This document shows positions 25,336 through 36,617 of a stretch of 64,000 nt of DNA, in pieces (the first letter of the stretch is position 1; every line of letters starts with the position of its first letter). The notes below the pieces were generated by a model, which saw nothing but the letters and a program-made list of their open reading frames with translations, ran no database searches and was not told the DNA's origin. The DNA lies in the NCBI GenBank assembly GCA_010093995.1, contig ML992502.1:124001-188000 (forward strand). The letters are read 5' to 3'. This stretch comes from Elsinoe ampelina (Eukaryota). A program made the position numbers and the translations under genes.

Positions 25336-28300
25336 TCATGAAGACCCAATCGCCTCCTTCTTCGGTCGATATTCATCCCGCAGAACCCACTTCCCCCTCC
25401 CCTCCGCTGTCGCTCTGCTTCTCTGCCCCAATCGTCCTCCTCTCCCTCTACCTGCCTCATCACCCTTCTCCAGATAAGCAATCTTCTTCAACATCTCCTT
25501 GAACTCTGCAGTCCTTGCAGGCGTCCCACAGTAGCGGTTGAAGTGATCGATCAGCATCTTGGTGTACACCTTGCCTCCATGAGCGAGCAGGTAGTCCCTG
25601 ATCAGTGCAATGAACTCCCTGCCTTTTGGCTGTGTCTCAGCTTCGCTTGCAGAAGTGGCACCAGACTGTGGGGTGGAGGTGCGCTGGAACCTGCTAGAAG
25701 TACCAGCGGGAACGATACCCTGTCGTGCTGAGAGATTGGCGAGAATGTTTGCTGAGCTAGGTCCCGCTCGACCCGAGTGACCACCACCGCGACCGCGAGA
25801 TGAGATAGCTCCTCTCGCTGGAGACTCGGGTCGACCACCGCTGCCGTAAACGCCGGTCCAGGTGACTGTACCTGGTGCAATCGAGCGGGCTTGTTCACCA
25901 GCGCGCTGAAGCTCGCGAGCTGCGGCGGCTGCTACACGCTTGGCTTCTCTGGAGATGATCTCTTCGTCGGCTCGGAGAGGTCGATTTGTGGAAGGCCCAT
26001 TGATAATCTCGTCGTGAGATAAAGCAGACGTCACACCCGAACGGGCAAACAGGGTTGTCATCAGACGGTCGTCCTTGCGGGTGGCGCCTCCTTCTTCGGT
26101 CGTCTCTTCTTCGCCCGGAGCTTGAAACTCCGCGGTATGGGAGATGCCGACGATCTTGGATGTGTCAGATGGATCATTCGGCGGAGTCGGAATACCAGTG
26201 ATAGAACTCGACGGCTGTTTTGCATCTGTTGATACCGCAGATGGACGTTTGTCGAACTGCACTTCCGTTCCACGAAACAAAGTGCCTGTTTCGGTCTCAC
26301 CCTCGTTGGCATCGCCCAAGGTAAACAAATCATGGAGGTCTCGCATCTGAAACGTTTGACGCTGCTTTGGGTCCTTCAGAATCTTGTTGGTGAGGAATTG
26401 CTTGAAGATCTGGCGATGGTAGATCTTCTCTTCGATCGTGCCTGCTGTCATGAGTCGGTATATCTCCACCTCTCTCTTCTGACCAAGACGCCACGCTCTC
26501 TCACGAGCTTGCACATCGGTCGAAGGGTTCCAGTCAGGGTCGTAGATGATGACCCGGTCAGCTCCAGTCAGATTGACACCAAGGCCTCCGACTTTGGTTG
26601 TGAGAAGGAAGACGTGGAGGTCAGGGTCATTGTTGAATTCGTCAACCAGATCTTGCCGGTCCTTGATGGAGGTATTGCCGTCCATTCGACGGAAGCGAAA
26701 GCCAGGCAAGCTTGAGACGAAAGACTGGAGGATGTCCAGCATGATACGATGCTGGGCAAAGAGCAGTGTCTTGTGGCCGTTGCGCTTCCAGATCTCAAGC
26801 AGAGCTTTCACCACTTGCATCTTGCCGCTTTTGACTGGATTTCCATAATTGTAGCCCTCCTTGATCGAAAGTGTCTTGTGTTCAGTAAGGTCAGGATGAT
26901 TGCAGATCTTTCGCAAGATATCCACGCCGTACAAAGCCTGTCGCTTACCAGCCATGATTGATTTCATCTCCTCTGACTCGAGAAAAAACTCATAGGCATC
27001 GCGCTGCAGCTTAGTGAGTTTGCAGAACAACACCCGTTCGCTCTTCTTTGGTAGATCCGAGGCCACGTCGACCTTGAAGCGTTGTAGCAGGTACGGACTG
27101 ATAGTATCCTTGAGCGTCTCAGCACACTTCATGGCAGTCTCGACCTGTAAATTCGAAGCATTTGCGTAGCCACCTTGCTTGATGGGAAACTCAAATTGTT
27201 GCCGGAAGTTGACCAGTGTTCCAAGCCGCATGGGAAAGACAAAGTCGAATAGCGACCATAACTCTGTCAAATTGTTCTGCATGGGTGTACCAGATAGGAT
27301 GATCCGATTGTGAGTGCGTAACTCTTTGCAGTAGATAGTGATCGCTGTGTTCGGGTTGCGAATTTTGTGTCCCTCGTCCAGTACAGCATACTCCCAATCT
27401 ACAGGGATGAGTAGATCGGCGTAAGTCTGCAGGCCTGAATAAGTTGTGACCAGAATATGCCCGTCTCTTACAACTCTATTCACGATGCGCTGAGCTGCCT
27501 TGCTACCCTTAGAGCTCTTCGATCTCGTTCCGGAGAAGTCTCTGAGCTCGAGGTCGTCCTCAAGGCTGTTCTCCCGTTTCAAGTCGAGCATACCACTTCC
27601 AGAAGTGTGCAGTATAGAGACTCTCATAGGTGGCCACCATTGGTGAAACTCATTGACCCACTGCTTCATGACAGTAGCTGGGCAGACTACGACAACAGGC
27701 TTCTCGAGCTTCTTGGAGTAGTGCAGTCCGGCCAGGAAGGAGATAATCTGTATCGTCTTGCCCAAACCCATCTCGTCGCCCACAATGCCGCCAACCTGCT
27801 GCGAGTACAGTTCCCACAGCCATTGCACGCCAGTCTTTTGATAGTCGAAGAGCGAGTGGAATATGTCACCTGGAATCTTGTAGCCCCCTTCGAACTCGGC
27901 ATCAGACCGTGTAGGGTGTGGTTGGTGCCATTCTTTCTCATCGGGGCTCTCGTCAGTATCCATCTCGTCCACATCTCCATCTCCAGTACCGATTTCCCGG
28001 GCTCGTTTCCTTGCTGCGCTTCTCCGCCGACTCCAGCTTTCCAGTCTTGATTGGTAGACATGTTCATTCCCATCGTCGATGCCGGCGAAATCCTCTTGAT
28101 TCGTGCTTGTTTGCAGGAGCTGCTTGCCCCTCCTACGCTTCTTGATGCCAGGTGTCGTAAGCTTCAAATCAATAGCCGCCTCGTCATCTTCCTCCACCGG
28201 TGCATCAGGCGCTTCTTCCGACTCGCCCCCGTCGGATTTGGGCATGTAAGCCTCTTCCGACTCGTCGCTGAAGTCCTCTCTCGGTCTTGACTTCGATGCC

Positions 28301-29109
28301 GTCGTCTGTCGAGCTTCTCCTCGTGTTTGAATGCGGCGACGCTTGGATGGTCTCTCATCAGCAAACTCGGCAAGCGCATCATTGATAGCTTTCTGATCTT
28401 CTTCGGTGACATCCTCGAATCCGGGCTTGATCAAGTTCCGATGCGAACGCTGAGGATCAGCAAGTGCAGCTTCCTCTAGCTCTACTTCATCATCGTGCTC
28501 CTGCTCAGCTTCAAGCATGACATCTGCAAGATCACTCGATTGCCTGACCATCTGCTTGCCCATATTTGAGAATGGTGTGATCTTGCCAGTCCTGATGAGG
28601 AATTCGCGCTGACTCTCGCCCGCCTGCTTGCCATCGGCAGCTTTGGTGGCTTCATATCCTTCTTCTCCTTGGTGCCTGCTTTCGATGCGCTTGGAGATCT
28701 GCTCAAGATCGGTATCTAGGCTCCTGATCTGAGCCTGGTAGTTTTCAATCTCTGCACGGTACCTATCCTTGACAGGTTTGCTTCCGAATGCCGTGAGTTT
28801 CGTCTCAAGGCGCTTGATTAAGCCAAGGAGTCGAGCTCTGTCAGTCCGTGTCTTCTCTAGACGTTTGTTGTCGCGTTCATCGGCCTGTTCGGTCAGCAGA
28901 GCATCTGCCTGCTTCCCGATGTCTCTTTCGAGATCATCTTGGTCCCGCGTGCCAGCACCTAGCGCAGCCAGTCGTGTCGCTTCATCCGCATCGTCTGAGT
29001 AATTTGGTACTGCTTCCTCAAAGTTGCTAATCTCAGTTGTGGCGTCCGTCTGAGCTGTGATGACATTGTCGTCTGTCGTGGGATTTCTTTCAGTGCTCTC
29101 CTCAGCCAT
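25336..29109 (-). CDS. RAD26: Rad26/Rhp26/CSB (ERCC6-like) transcription-coupled repair SNF2 ATPase
   Basis: 1257-aa ORF with LFDYQKTGVQWLWELY, GDEMGLGKT, LDEGHKIRNP, SGTPMQNNL, GGLGVNLTGADRVIIYDPDWNPSTDVQARERAWRLGQ, IYHRQIFKQFLTNKIL. Confidence 0.93.
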   Translation of the reverse strand: MAEESTERNPTTDDNVITAQTDATTEISNFEEAVPNYSDDADEATRLAALGAGTRDQDDLERDIGKQADALLTEQADERDNKRLEKTRTDRARLLGLIKRLETKLTAFGSKPVKDRYRAEIENYQAQIRSLDTDLEQISKRIESRHQGEEGYEATKAADGKQAGESQREFLIRTGKITPFSNMGKQMVRQSSDLADVMLEAEQEHDDEVELEEAALADPQRSHRNLIKPGFEDVTEEDQKAINDALAEFADERPSKRRRIQTRGEARQTTASKSRPREDFSDESEEAYMPKSDGGESEEAPDAPVEEDDEAAIDLKLTTPGIKKRRRGKQLLQTSTNQEDFAGIDDGNEHVYQSRLESWSRRRSAARKRAREIGTGDGDVDEMDTDESPDEKEWHQPHPTRSDAEFEGGYKIPGDIFHSLFDYQKTGVQWLWELYSQQVGGIVGDEMGLGKTIQIISFLAGLHYSKKLEKPVVVVCPATVMKQWVNEFHQWWPPMRVSILHTSGSGMLDLKRENSLEDDLELRDFSGTRSKSSKGSKAAQRIVNRVVRDGHILVTTYSGLQTYADLLIPVDWEYAVLDEGHKIRNPNTAITIYCKELRTHNRIILSGTPMQNNLTELWSLFDFVFPMRLGTLVNFRQQFEFPIKQGGYANASNLQVETAMKCAETLKDTISPYLLQRFKVDVASDLPKKSERVLFCKLTKLQRDAYEFFLESEEMKSIMAGKRQALYGVDILRKICNHPDLTEHKTLSIKEGYNYGNPVKSGKMQVVKALLEIWKRNGHKTLLFAQHRIMLDILQSFVSSLPGFRFRRMDGNTSIKDRQDLVDEFNNDPDLHVFLLTTKVGGLGVNLTGADRVIIYDPDWNPSTDVQARERAWRLGQKREVEIYRLMTAGTIEEKIYHRQIFKQFLTNKILKDPKQRQTFQMRDLHDLFTLGDANEGETETGTLFRGTEVQFDKRPSAVSTDAKQPSSSITGIPTPPNDPSDTSKIVGISHTAEFQAPGEEETTEEGGATRKDDRLMTTLFARSGVTSALSHDEIINGPSTNRPLRADEEIISREAKRVAAAAARELQRAGEQARSIAPGTVTWTGVYGSGGRPESPARGAISSRGRGGGHSGRAGPSSANILANLSARQGIVPAGTSSRFQRTSTPQSGATSASEAETQPKGREFIALIRDYLLAHGGKVYTKMLIDHFNRYCGTPARTAEFKEMLKKIAYLEKGDEAGRGRGGRLGQRSRATAEGRGKWVLRDEYRPKKEAIGSS

Positions 29110-29789
29110 CGTGATGACTTTACGCCAGAGTGGCGTCTCTCTCGGATCCCTTTCAGCTCGATCTCATCGTATTTGAGGTGAAGTTGTCACAGCACTCGAG
29201 AGAAGCAACCAAATTCGAGTGATCCGAGGTTAACCTAGAAGGTGCACGACGCTGAACAGGAATCTCTGCGATGGCTGGTGAGAGGCCTTACCTCAATCCT
29301 CAATCCTCATCTCAAGTCGAAAAGCGATGTGTGACGTCATGCTGAGATTCATTGGAGCCGCATGCAGGTTAGATTCTGACTCGCACGGCCGCGGAGCGAA
29401 TCATATAATTTGCATCGTGAATGCACAACGAGACGTCTTCAGCTATCATCGTGATTTCAGCGAGATCATGACCTCTGCGAAGCATTACCGGACAGTCTGA
29501 CGTCTAACAGGGCTCATCATGCTTTGAACAGGCTTGCTGATCACCGTCAATTTGTGAATGGACAGAATCTGGGGAAGCGACGGATGGAATGGAAACATGC
29601 CGAGGCATAACGTTAGAGATGGAAACAAAGCCGAAAGCTGGGGGAAGCTCTGTCCATCCATCGAGCAATAGCCGCACCTCCGCTCACATCACTGACGTCT
29701 CCGCATCCTCTGCAATTGTAGGTAATCTTCGTTCCTTGTGAATACACAGTCCTCTCCTACCCTGTACATACCGCACCCTAGCCGCTACC

Positions 29790-30727
29790 ATGTCGTACAG
29801 CAAACGCGCCGAGCAAATCGCCGGCCACCTCAACTACCCCAAAGGCATGCTGGCGGGTCAAGTCGCCATCATCACAGGCAGCGGACAAGGCATCGGCGCC
29901 GAAGCAGCACGCCTCTTTGCCAATGAAGGCGCGAAAGTAGTCGTCTCGGACGTAGACAAAGGTTGCACCCCTCCCCGCTTCCCCCTCTCCAGGCCCACCC
30001 ACCACTAACCCCATCCCCAGCCAAATGCGAATCCGTCGCCAACTCCATCAACTCCTCCGGCGGCTCCGCCCTCGCCGTCCCCGCCGACATGCTCTCCGAC
30101 AGCGACATCACCAACCTCGTCTCCCGCGCCGCCGACTTCGGCTCCGGCAAGATCCACATCATCGTCAACAACGCGGGCTTCACCTGGGACGGCGTCATCC
30201 ACAAAATGACCGACAAGCAATGGGACACGATCATCGCCTTGCACGGTACCGCACCCTTCAAGCTCGTCCGGGCAGCCGCGCCCTACTTCCGCGTCAAAGA
30301 CGGCGAGCCCCGGAACATCATCAACATCTCCTCCACCTCCGGGTTGCACGGCAACGCGGGACAAGCGAACTACGCGCTGGGCAAGGCGGGCGTGACGGGG
30401 TTGACGAAGACGATTGCAAAGGAGTGGGGTCCCGCGTTCGGGGTGCGGGCGAATACGATTGCGTTTGGGCATATCATGACTAGGTTGACGGCTGCCAAGG
30501 AGGAGGGGGCGTTTGTCACGACGCCGGATGGGCAGAAGGTGGCGCTGGGGATACCGCAGGCGCAGAAGGCGGCGAGGGAGGAAGGCGGGACCGCGTTCAA
30601 GGACATACCCCTTGGCAGGGCAGGGACGGCGACCGAGGCGGCGGGCGCGATTTTGGCCGTGGTGAGTCCGTTGTTTAGCTATGTGAGTGGACAGACGATT
30701 AGTGTGACGGGTGGGAGGAATATTTAG
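29790..30727 (+). CDS. Short-chain dehydrogenase/reductase (3-oxoacyl-ACP reductase-like); exons 29790-29961 and 30021-30727
   Basis: TGSGQGIG, NNAG and YALGK (YxxxK) motifs. A GT...CTAAC...CAG intron at 29962-30020 joins the two ORFs in frame. Confidence 0.9.
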
Positions 30728-31096
30728 GTTACGGTATGTGTACAGCTTATGAAATGTATTGACGAGTGTGTGATGTGTGGAACGATAGTCTACAATGATA
30801 CTGTCCAGCTCTATGAATGTGGGTATAGCTACCACGAATGGACAGACTGGATCTATCCTCTAAAACCCAACGAATGATTTCCAAGAATGATTGCAGTCCC
30901 TCCCGGTGCATCACAAGCCGAGAATTCCACCAAGTCTAAAGATAGTGCCACCAGGGCGGGCAGTAGTAATGCCAGATGCCTCACCAGTATTACCAGGTCT
31001 GTGTCCAGAACCATTCCTGCACCATCAGGTCTCAAACCGGTGTGACCAGAATCATCCAGAACCCTACCATGATGCATGTTTCTAACCGTGACAAAA

Positions 31097-34000
31097 TCAA
31101 TGCGCAGGCGCAATCGGACTCGCCTGCTCGACCTTCGCCTCTTCCACCTCCCCGTCAGCGCCCTTCTCCGGCGGCCTGCCAAAAGCTCCGGGCACCTTCT
31201 CACTCAGATTCACCGCCAAGAAGCTCTTCGGGAGCTTGACAGTATGGAACTTCTCCTTCAACGTGGTGATTACACTGGTCCATTCTCCATGCGGCGTCAA
31301 GCTCCTACGCTGAGCACATCCGATGCAGTGTTTGCTATCGAGCTGGACGTCCAGGGGGTCGAAGGTGTGGCAGCCCGGCGAGATTGTGATGCGGATGGAG
31401 TAATTGAATGGGTCGAGCGGTTTGTTCTCGGATGTGGGTGTGCCGTGGGTGGGATCAGAGCTGCTGAGAGGGACGGGTGGCGGCTCGTTCTCAGATTCGT
31501 AGAGCTCGAAGCAGATTTGGGAAAGGTAGTCGAGCTCGGGAATGGCATTGCGAGCAATCTTCGTCTGCACACCACCCTCGAGAATGCAATTGAGAAGAGT
31601 ATAGACGTGGGACTCTTTTGTGAAATAGATGAAGGACTTTGCGTCAGGAGCTGCTTGCACATCCTCGAGATCTTTCACAATCTCTTTGAGCAGCGGAAGT
31701 GAAGTCAGGAGACCGATTTCGAGCTTCTCGCTGTCGAGCATGCCATATTCCTGAGGGCCGATATAATCGAAAAGAATCTTGGACAAGCGATACATCTCTC
31801 GCAGCCGGGACAGTCGAGCATCGTTACGAGTCTTTGGAACAGGGGCCGCAGGATTTCCAGTGAAGAGGTTGAAATATGACTCTCCAGGATGTATGGCCGA
31901 CGCTGCAGCATTGCGACCTAGGAGATTGCGTGCAGTCTCTGATGGTCGGCGGAAACTGCCAGCTTTGATGGCGTTTCGCTCATCGGAGATTCTTTCTCGC
32001 AGCGAGCGATCAGCCGATTTATCTAACGACTGCTCCGACGTATTGCGTGATGGGTTCGTCGAAGTCGATGCAGATTGGTCACCATGAGTAGCTTTCCATT
32101 CTTTGCGTTGAGTCGCAGATAGTGTTCGCTGGAGTCCTTCTCTGTCGGACGTCTCCTCTTCAATCATCTCGTCGCGAGGTGTGAAGATCCACTCGAGGAA
32201 TTGTCGATTATGTAGGGCGTCGAACTTCATGGTGTCATAAAGCTCCGAGATCTTGGAAGGGTCGACCTTTTCGGCATCGACAAACTCATCGAACAGCTTC
32301 TCCCAACGCTCTTTGAAAAGCTCTGCATCTTCTCCCGCGCACCATCGCGATTGGATAGTCTTGACGTCAACTTTGGATGCGTCGGCCTTGTCATTCGCGT
32401 CTGTGATAACGAGCGATGGATCTTCGTCCGTCTTTGTGAACTTCTCCAGCGATGCTTGTGCTTCGGTCCGTAAGCGACCAAAGTTTCTGCGCATGACCCG
32501 TCGATGAAATTTCATCAGCTCAACCACGTCGCGGGCGACCAGGTAAGGTTCCGGTGTGCCATCTCTCGGCCAAGCAAATTGTTCAGGTGCCTGTTTGCCT
32601 TGACGGAGTAGGCCCTTGAGCTTCTTCTTGACCTTGTCCATCTCATCTTTGGCCGCATTGGAGTCATCTAGGAGATCTTTTCGGACACTGATGGAATTCG
32701 GATCCATCTCCTTGTCGTCCAAGAATGCCGATGCGAAGATCTGAGCTGAGGTCGTAACACGCCGCTCCGAGGACGAGAAAATTGATACATCGTTGAGTAC
32801 CTCACGATTCATGAGCATGAGATCGTTCCTCATGTTCTCGCCGAGATCTTGAGCCTGATATCTCGCAGAATGTGTGGGTTCTCCACCCCACTTCATCACA
32901 AGTTGTAGTTTCTCTAGCACCAGATTGTCCTCGGCAGCCGTGATCCTCGACAATGTCGTCTCGGAGATCGACTCACTACGTGTCGGCTTGTAGTCCTTGA
33001 GAAAGTGGTCGACAGGAGATCCAGGCTCGAGATCACTGTGGTCCTTTGGCAGCAACTTGGGCGATGCAGATGCTGGCTTCTCCTTTGCTTTCTCTTGCTC
33101 AGCCTCTTTGGCTTCTTTCTTCTTCTTCCTGAACATCGGCTTGATCTGCACCTTTGTACCGAGCCAAGAACCTTTCTTCTGCAGCGCATTGAGCAGAGTT
33201 CGCAGCTTCTGCTGGTCCTCAATGCCTTCACGCAGAGCTTGCTTGACGGCATCCTGGACGCTAAGAAGTGCAGCTTCGCCAACAAGCAGGACCTCCTCAC
33301 GATGACCTTTCAATAGGTCAACAAAGGGCTTCGTGTGGAAGGTAAATTTGAACTTCTGCTTGGGTGTTCTGTCAGCATGGCGGATGACAGCTACCATGCC
33401 TTTCAGCTTCCATTGGGATTTAGAAGCAGGAGCTGGCGCAGTCTCTGGGGCCAATGCATCCTCTGACAGCGATTTCTGCAGGTCCAATGCCTCGACAGTG
33501 TCTTCCGCGATTGCCGGCGGTGGTAGGTGCTCCGAAGAAGGTGGAAAAGTCCTCGTCCGAGGGATGGGTTGGAAGTCCTTTTCAAAGTTCGGCGGTGTCG
33601 TAAGAGGGCTCGTCTTTGCACTTGTGTCTGGACTTGCGCCTTGTCTTCTATGGTGATGGCTCAAGTCTTTTAGCTTCGTCACACTAGGAGAGCGTAGGAC
33701 AGACGCCAATGCCCCACGATGACCGAGGCTGATGCTCTTTCTACCAGATTCTCTCTCTGTGGCGGAGTCGCCTTCGATCTGAGCGGCAATTTTGCTTTCC
33801 CATCTCATCTTCTCCCGGATGAACATCCCTTTCATGATACTGGCGCACTTGTCGTAGTAGTCGTTATTGTCCTTGACAAAGCTCCAGCCATTGACGTCGA
33901 TCACGAAGCTTTTGTCACCGACCCTAAGTAAGTCGAAGCCGCAGACTCTCTGCCCGAAACCCTCAGCGATCCTGGCGGCCATGGCCATTTCCTCTTTGGT

Positions 34001-36053
34001 CAAGCTCGTCACATATCTGATCTCTTTCCCGTTGGGGTTCCGCTTCACGACGCCGTCGACCACGGGCGATTTGCGCGTCTCTGCATGACAGTAGTCTGGA
34101 CCGACGGTGTACGCTTTGACATCTTCGGCATTGTCGACCTTAAGGAATTGCTCGTAGATGAAGCTCTCCTCAGGATGACGAATCGCCCTGGGTATGACAA
34201 GTTTCTCATCCTTCTCCGAGCTCTTGTTGTTGATCTTGCGAAATAGTCGTCGACCACCTCCACCCTGACTTTTGGGATAATAGATATAAATGTTGTGATC
34301 TTCTCCACTGGTGGGCTTTTCGACAAATGGTTTGGTGAGCTTCCGGCCATCGACCACGATGGTATCGTCGTCATCGATCATCTTGACGTCAGGCATACGA
34401 GGTGTTGTCTGCGTCTGCGACTGGTCTCCAGCTGATAGAAATCGAAGACCGGTCTTCTGGAAGATGCGCTCAGCGATATCGGCAGACATGGCTCGGGGGC
34501 CACCATCACGGCTGACTTCGACTCTTCTGGGCGTTGGCACGTCGAGCCTATCGAGTATTGACAAGCAGATTCTGCGATCCCATAGGACGGTCTGCATTGG
34601 TAGGTCGTTGACGCAGAAAGGCCGTCGTAATTTGGCGTACGCTATTGCTTTGTCCAGTGGGAAGCCGTCTGAAAAGAATGAGATCAGGAAGTCGCATACT
34701 GGCCAGTTTTCGACTGCTTCGTCCAGAATGACCTTGTCTCCAAATACAACCACCTCGAACTCCCCATTCTGGATCATGCGGTTCAGTATGTTGCGGCTTG
34801 GCTTCGATCGAGCTTTGCTGTCCAAGGCGCATATCCCGATCTTTCCAATAGGCGGCGGCTTGTTTGGATCTTCTTCCCTACTCCTATCTGTGCTTGGGCT
34901 GGCTGATGGCACATAACTACCAGAAGGCTTCCGAGACGTCGCTGCTCTACCACGCGCAGATGAAGCCGCCGATGGCGGTGGTGCTGCTAGACGTGATGAA
35001 GGGTCCGGAGGAGCAAGTTGTGGCATCTCACTGCCAGAGATGGGTGGTGGTGAGAGAGCGCCATTTTGCGATTGTGTCGTGACTGAGAGAGAAGTCGTTG
35101 CTGTGGTACCGCCATTCTCTTGCTTGGCTACGTCAAGTTAGTACCACACTGAGAAGAGGTATCCAGCAATGTTGTTGCAAGAGTGCTCGACGTTCCGAGT
35201 TTGCTCGTCGACATTGAAGAGTACAGGCGGAGAGATGGATGAGAGCCCTTCTCTTTTGACGCGACTTGTGCAGTCCCGACGGATAGCCATAATGACGATC
35301 AGATACCACTGAGTGGACGCGGGAGTGCGCGCAAGTCGCGACGGTGCTGTATTATCGCGAATCCTCGGTGTCGCAGGATTGGCTGAATGTCGAAAGCGTC
35401 GTCATGGCCAAGGGGGCACGCGAGCAGGTTGTGGGGGAGGGGTGTTGGGGGACTCACCATCTATCTCTGACCCAGCGACAGAGCTGGGAGTGCTAGTCAT
35501 GACTCCTCTTGCTCTATCATATAATACAGAACCGAAACTGCAAAAGGAAGATAGGGATAATCGGTTGGATTCAAGATCTGGTTCGGATCTGGGAACTAGG
35601 GCGGTATCGGGCGGCGAGCTTGTGGTAGGCGAAACATTCCCGCGTTGTGAAATCTGATCCGGCATGCGTCAGTGGTCGCTCAGAATGTCAATGACCCCGG
35701 CTGCAGTGCACGGCAGACCTGATAATACTATGGGAATAAGAGGAGGATTTTCTTAGACTCACGGAATCGTGGTGAATACCGCTGGCCCCACTGGCAGCTC
35801 CCGCTGTGGAGAAGGGAAAGCCGTTGACAGATGCTCTTGACAGGCGACGGGTAGTATATTGCATAGGCGATTTGCTCGCTGGAGGCGGCATGCTGATGCT
35901 GGCTTTGTCGACATCTCCAGCCGTGGTGCCAGCATCGACCTGGCGCCCCTTCCTAGCAGCATAGCTTGGAGACCTCGACGCGGCGCTGAGATGATGGGAG
36001 CTAGCCTTGGAGCGAATGCTCTCTGCGCTGGTAGTTCTCTCCAGCTCGTCCAT
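31097..36053 (-). CDS. VIP1: Vip1/Asp1 (PPIP5K) inositol pyrophosphate kinase/phosphatase; predicted exons 36053-35763, 35653-35458, 35127-31097
   Basis: ATP-grasp kinase (KPFVEKPTSGEDHN, HAETRKSPVVDG, IDVNGWSFVK) plus histidine acid-phosphatase domain (RHADRTPKQK). Two GTGAGT-donor introns give a phase-consistent N-terminal extension; the 5' exons are less certain than the core. Confidence 0.93.
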
Positions 36054-36617
36054 GATGACAGGGACGGGAAAAATGGGTTTATTGGCGGCTCAGCATCCTG
36101 GCGGGAGGTGGTGTGGTGGTACAGGAATTTGTAAGACCAGGAAAGTGAAGTATACAAGAGAGAGGTGGTAAATGGGTCTGGCCAGGAAGGCAGTCACATG
36201 AAAAAAGATGCAGCCACAGCGCCGCAGCAAGAGACGTAAAGGGAAAGCTATCTGCTGCACCCGCGACCATCCCGCGTCTTGGTTCGTCACTTTGCATGCA
36301 TGTAAACTTCGAACAGCTCTGATCCTATTTGCTACGACGGGTACATAGTCGAGAACAGCGATAGCGCTCATGAAACGTATCGTGGGACCCTGCATTCTTC
36401 TACACGTCCTCCACTACCAATTGAATATCCTCAAGACAATATATGCGACTTCTGCTTAATCTGTGTGTAATTATGCTCATTCTTCGCTCACCAATTTAAG
36501 CTCGACATAGCGTGGGTGCGGGCGTCGATCATCGCGGGGCATCTCTCCGAGGTCTTGGCACCATCAAAAAATTATCGACTTCGGCTGGAAATTCTATGAG
36601 ACGCAAGCAAAATCGAG

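Noticed and set aside
14900..29109. Idea that the SNF2 relic is a RIPed duplicate of neighbouring RAD26
   Set aside because: Motif sequences and spacing differ, there is no visible DNA similarity, and RAD26 itself is not RIPed.
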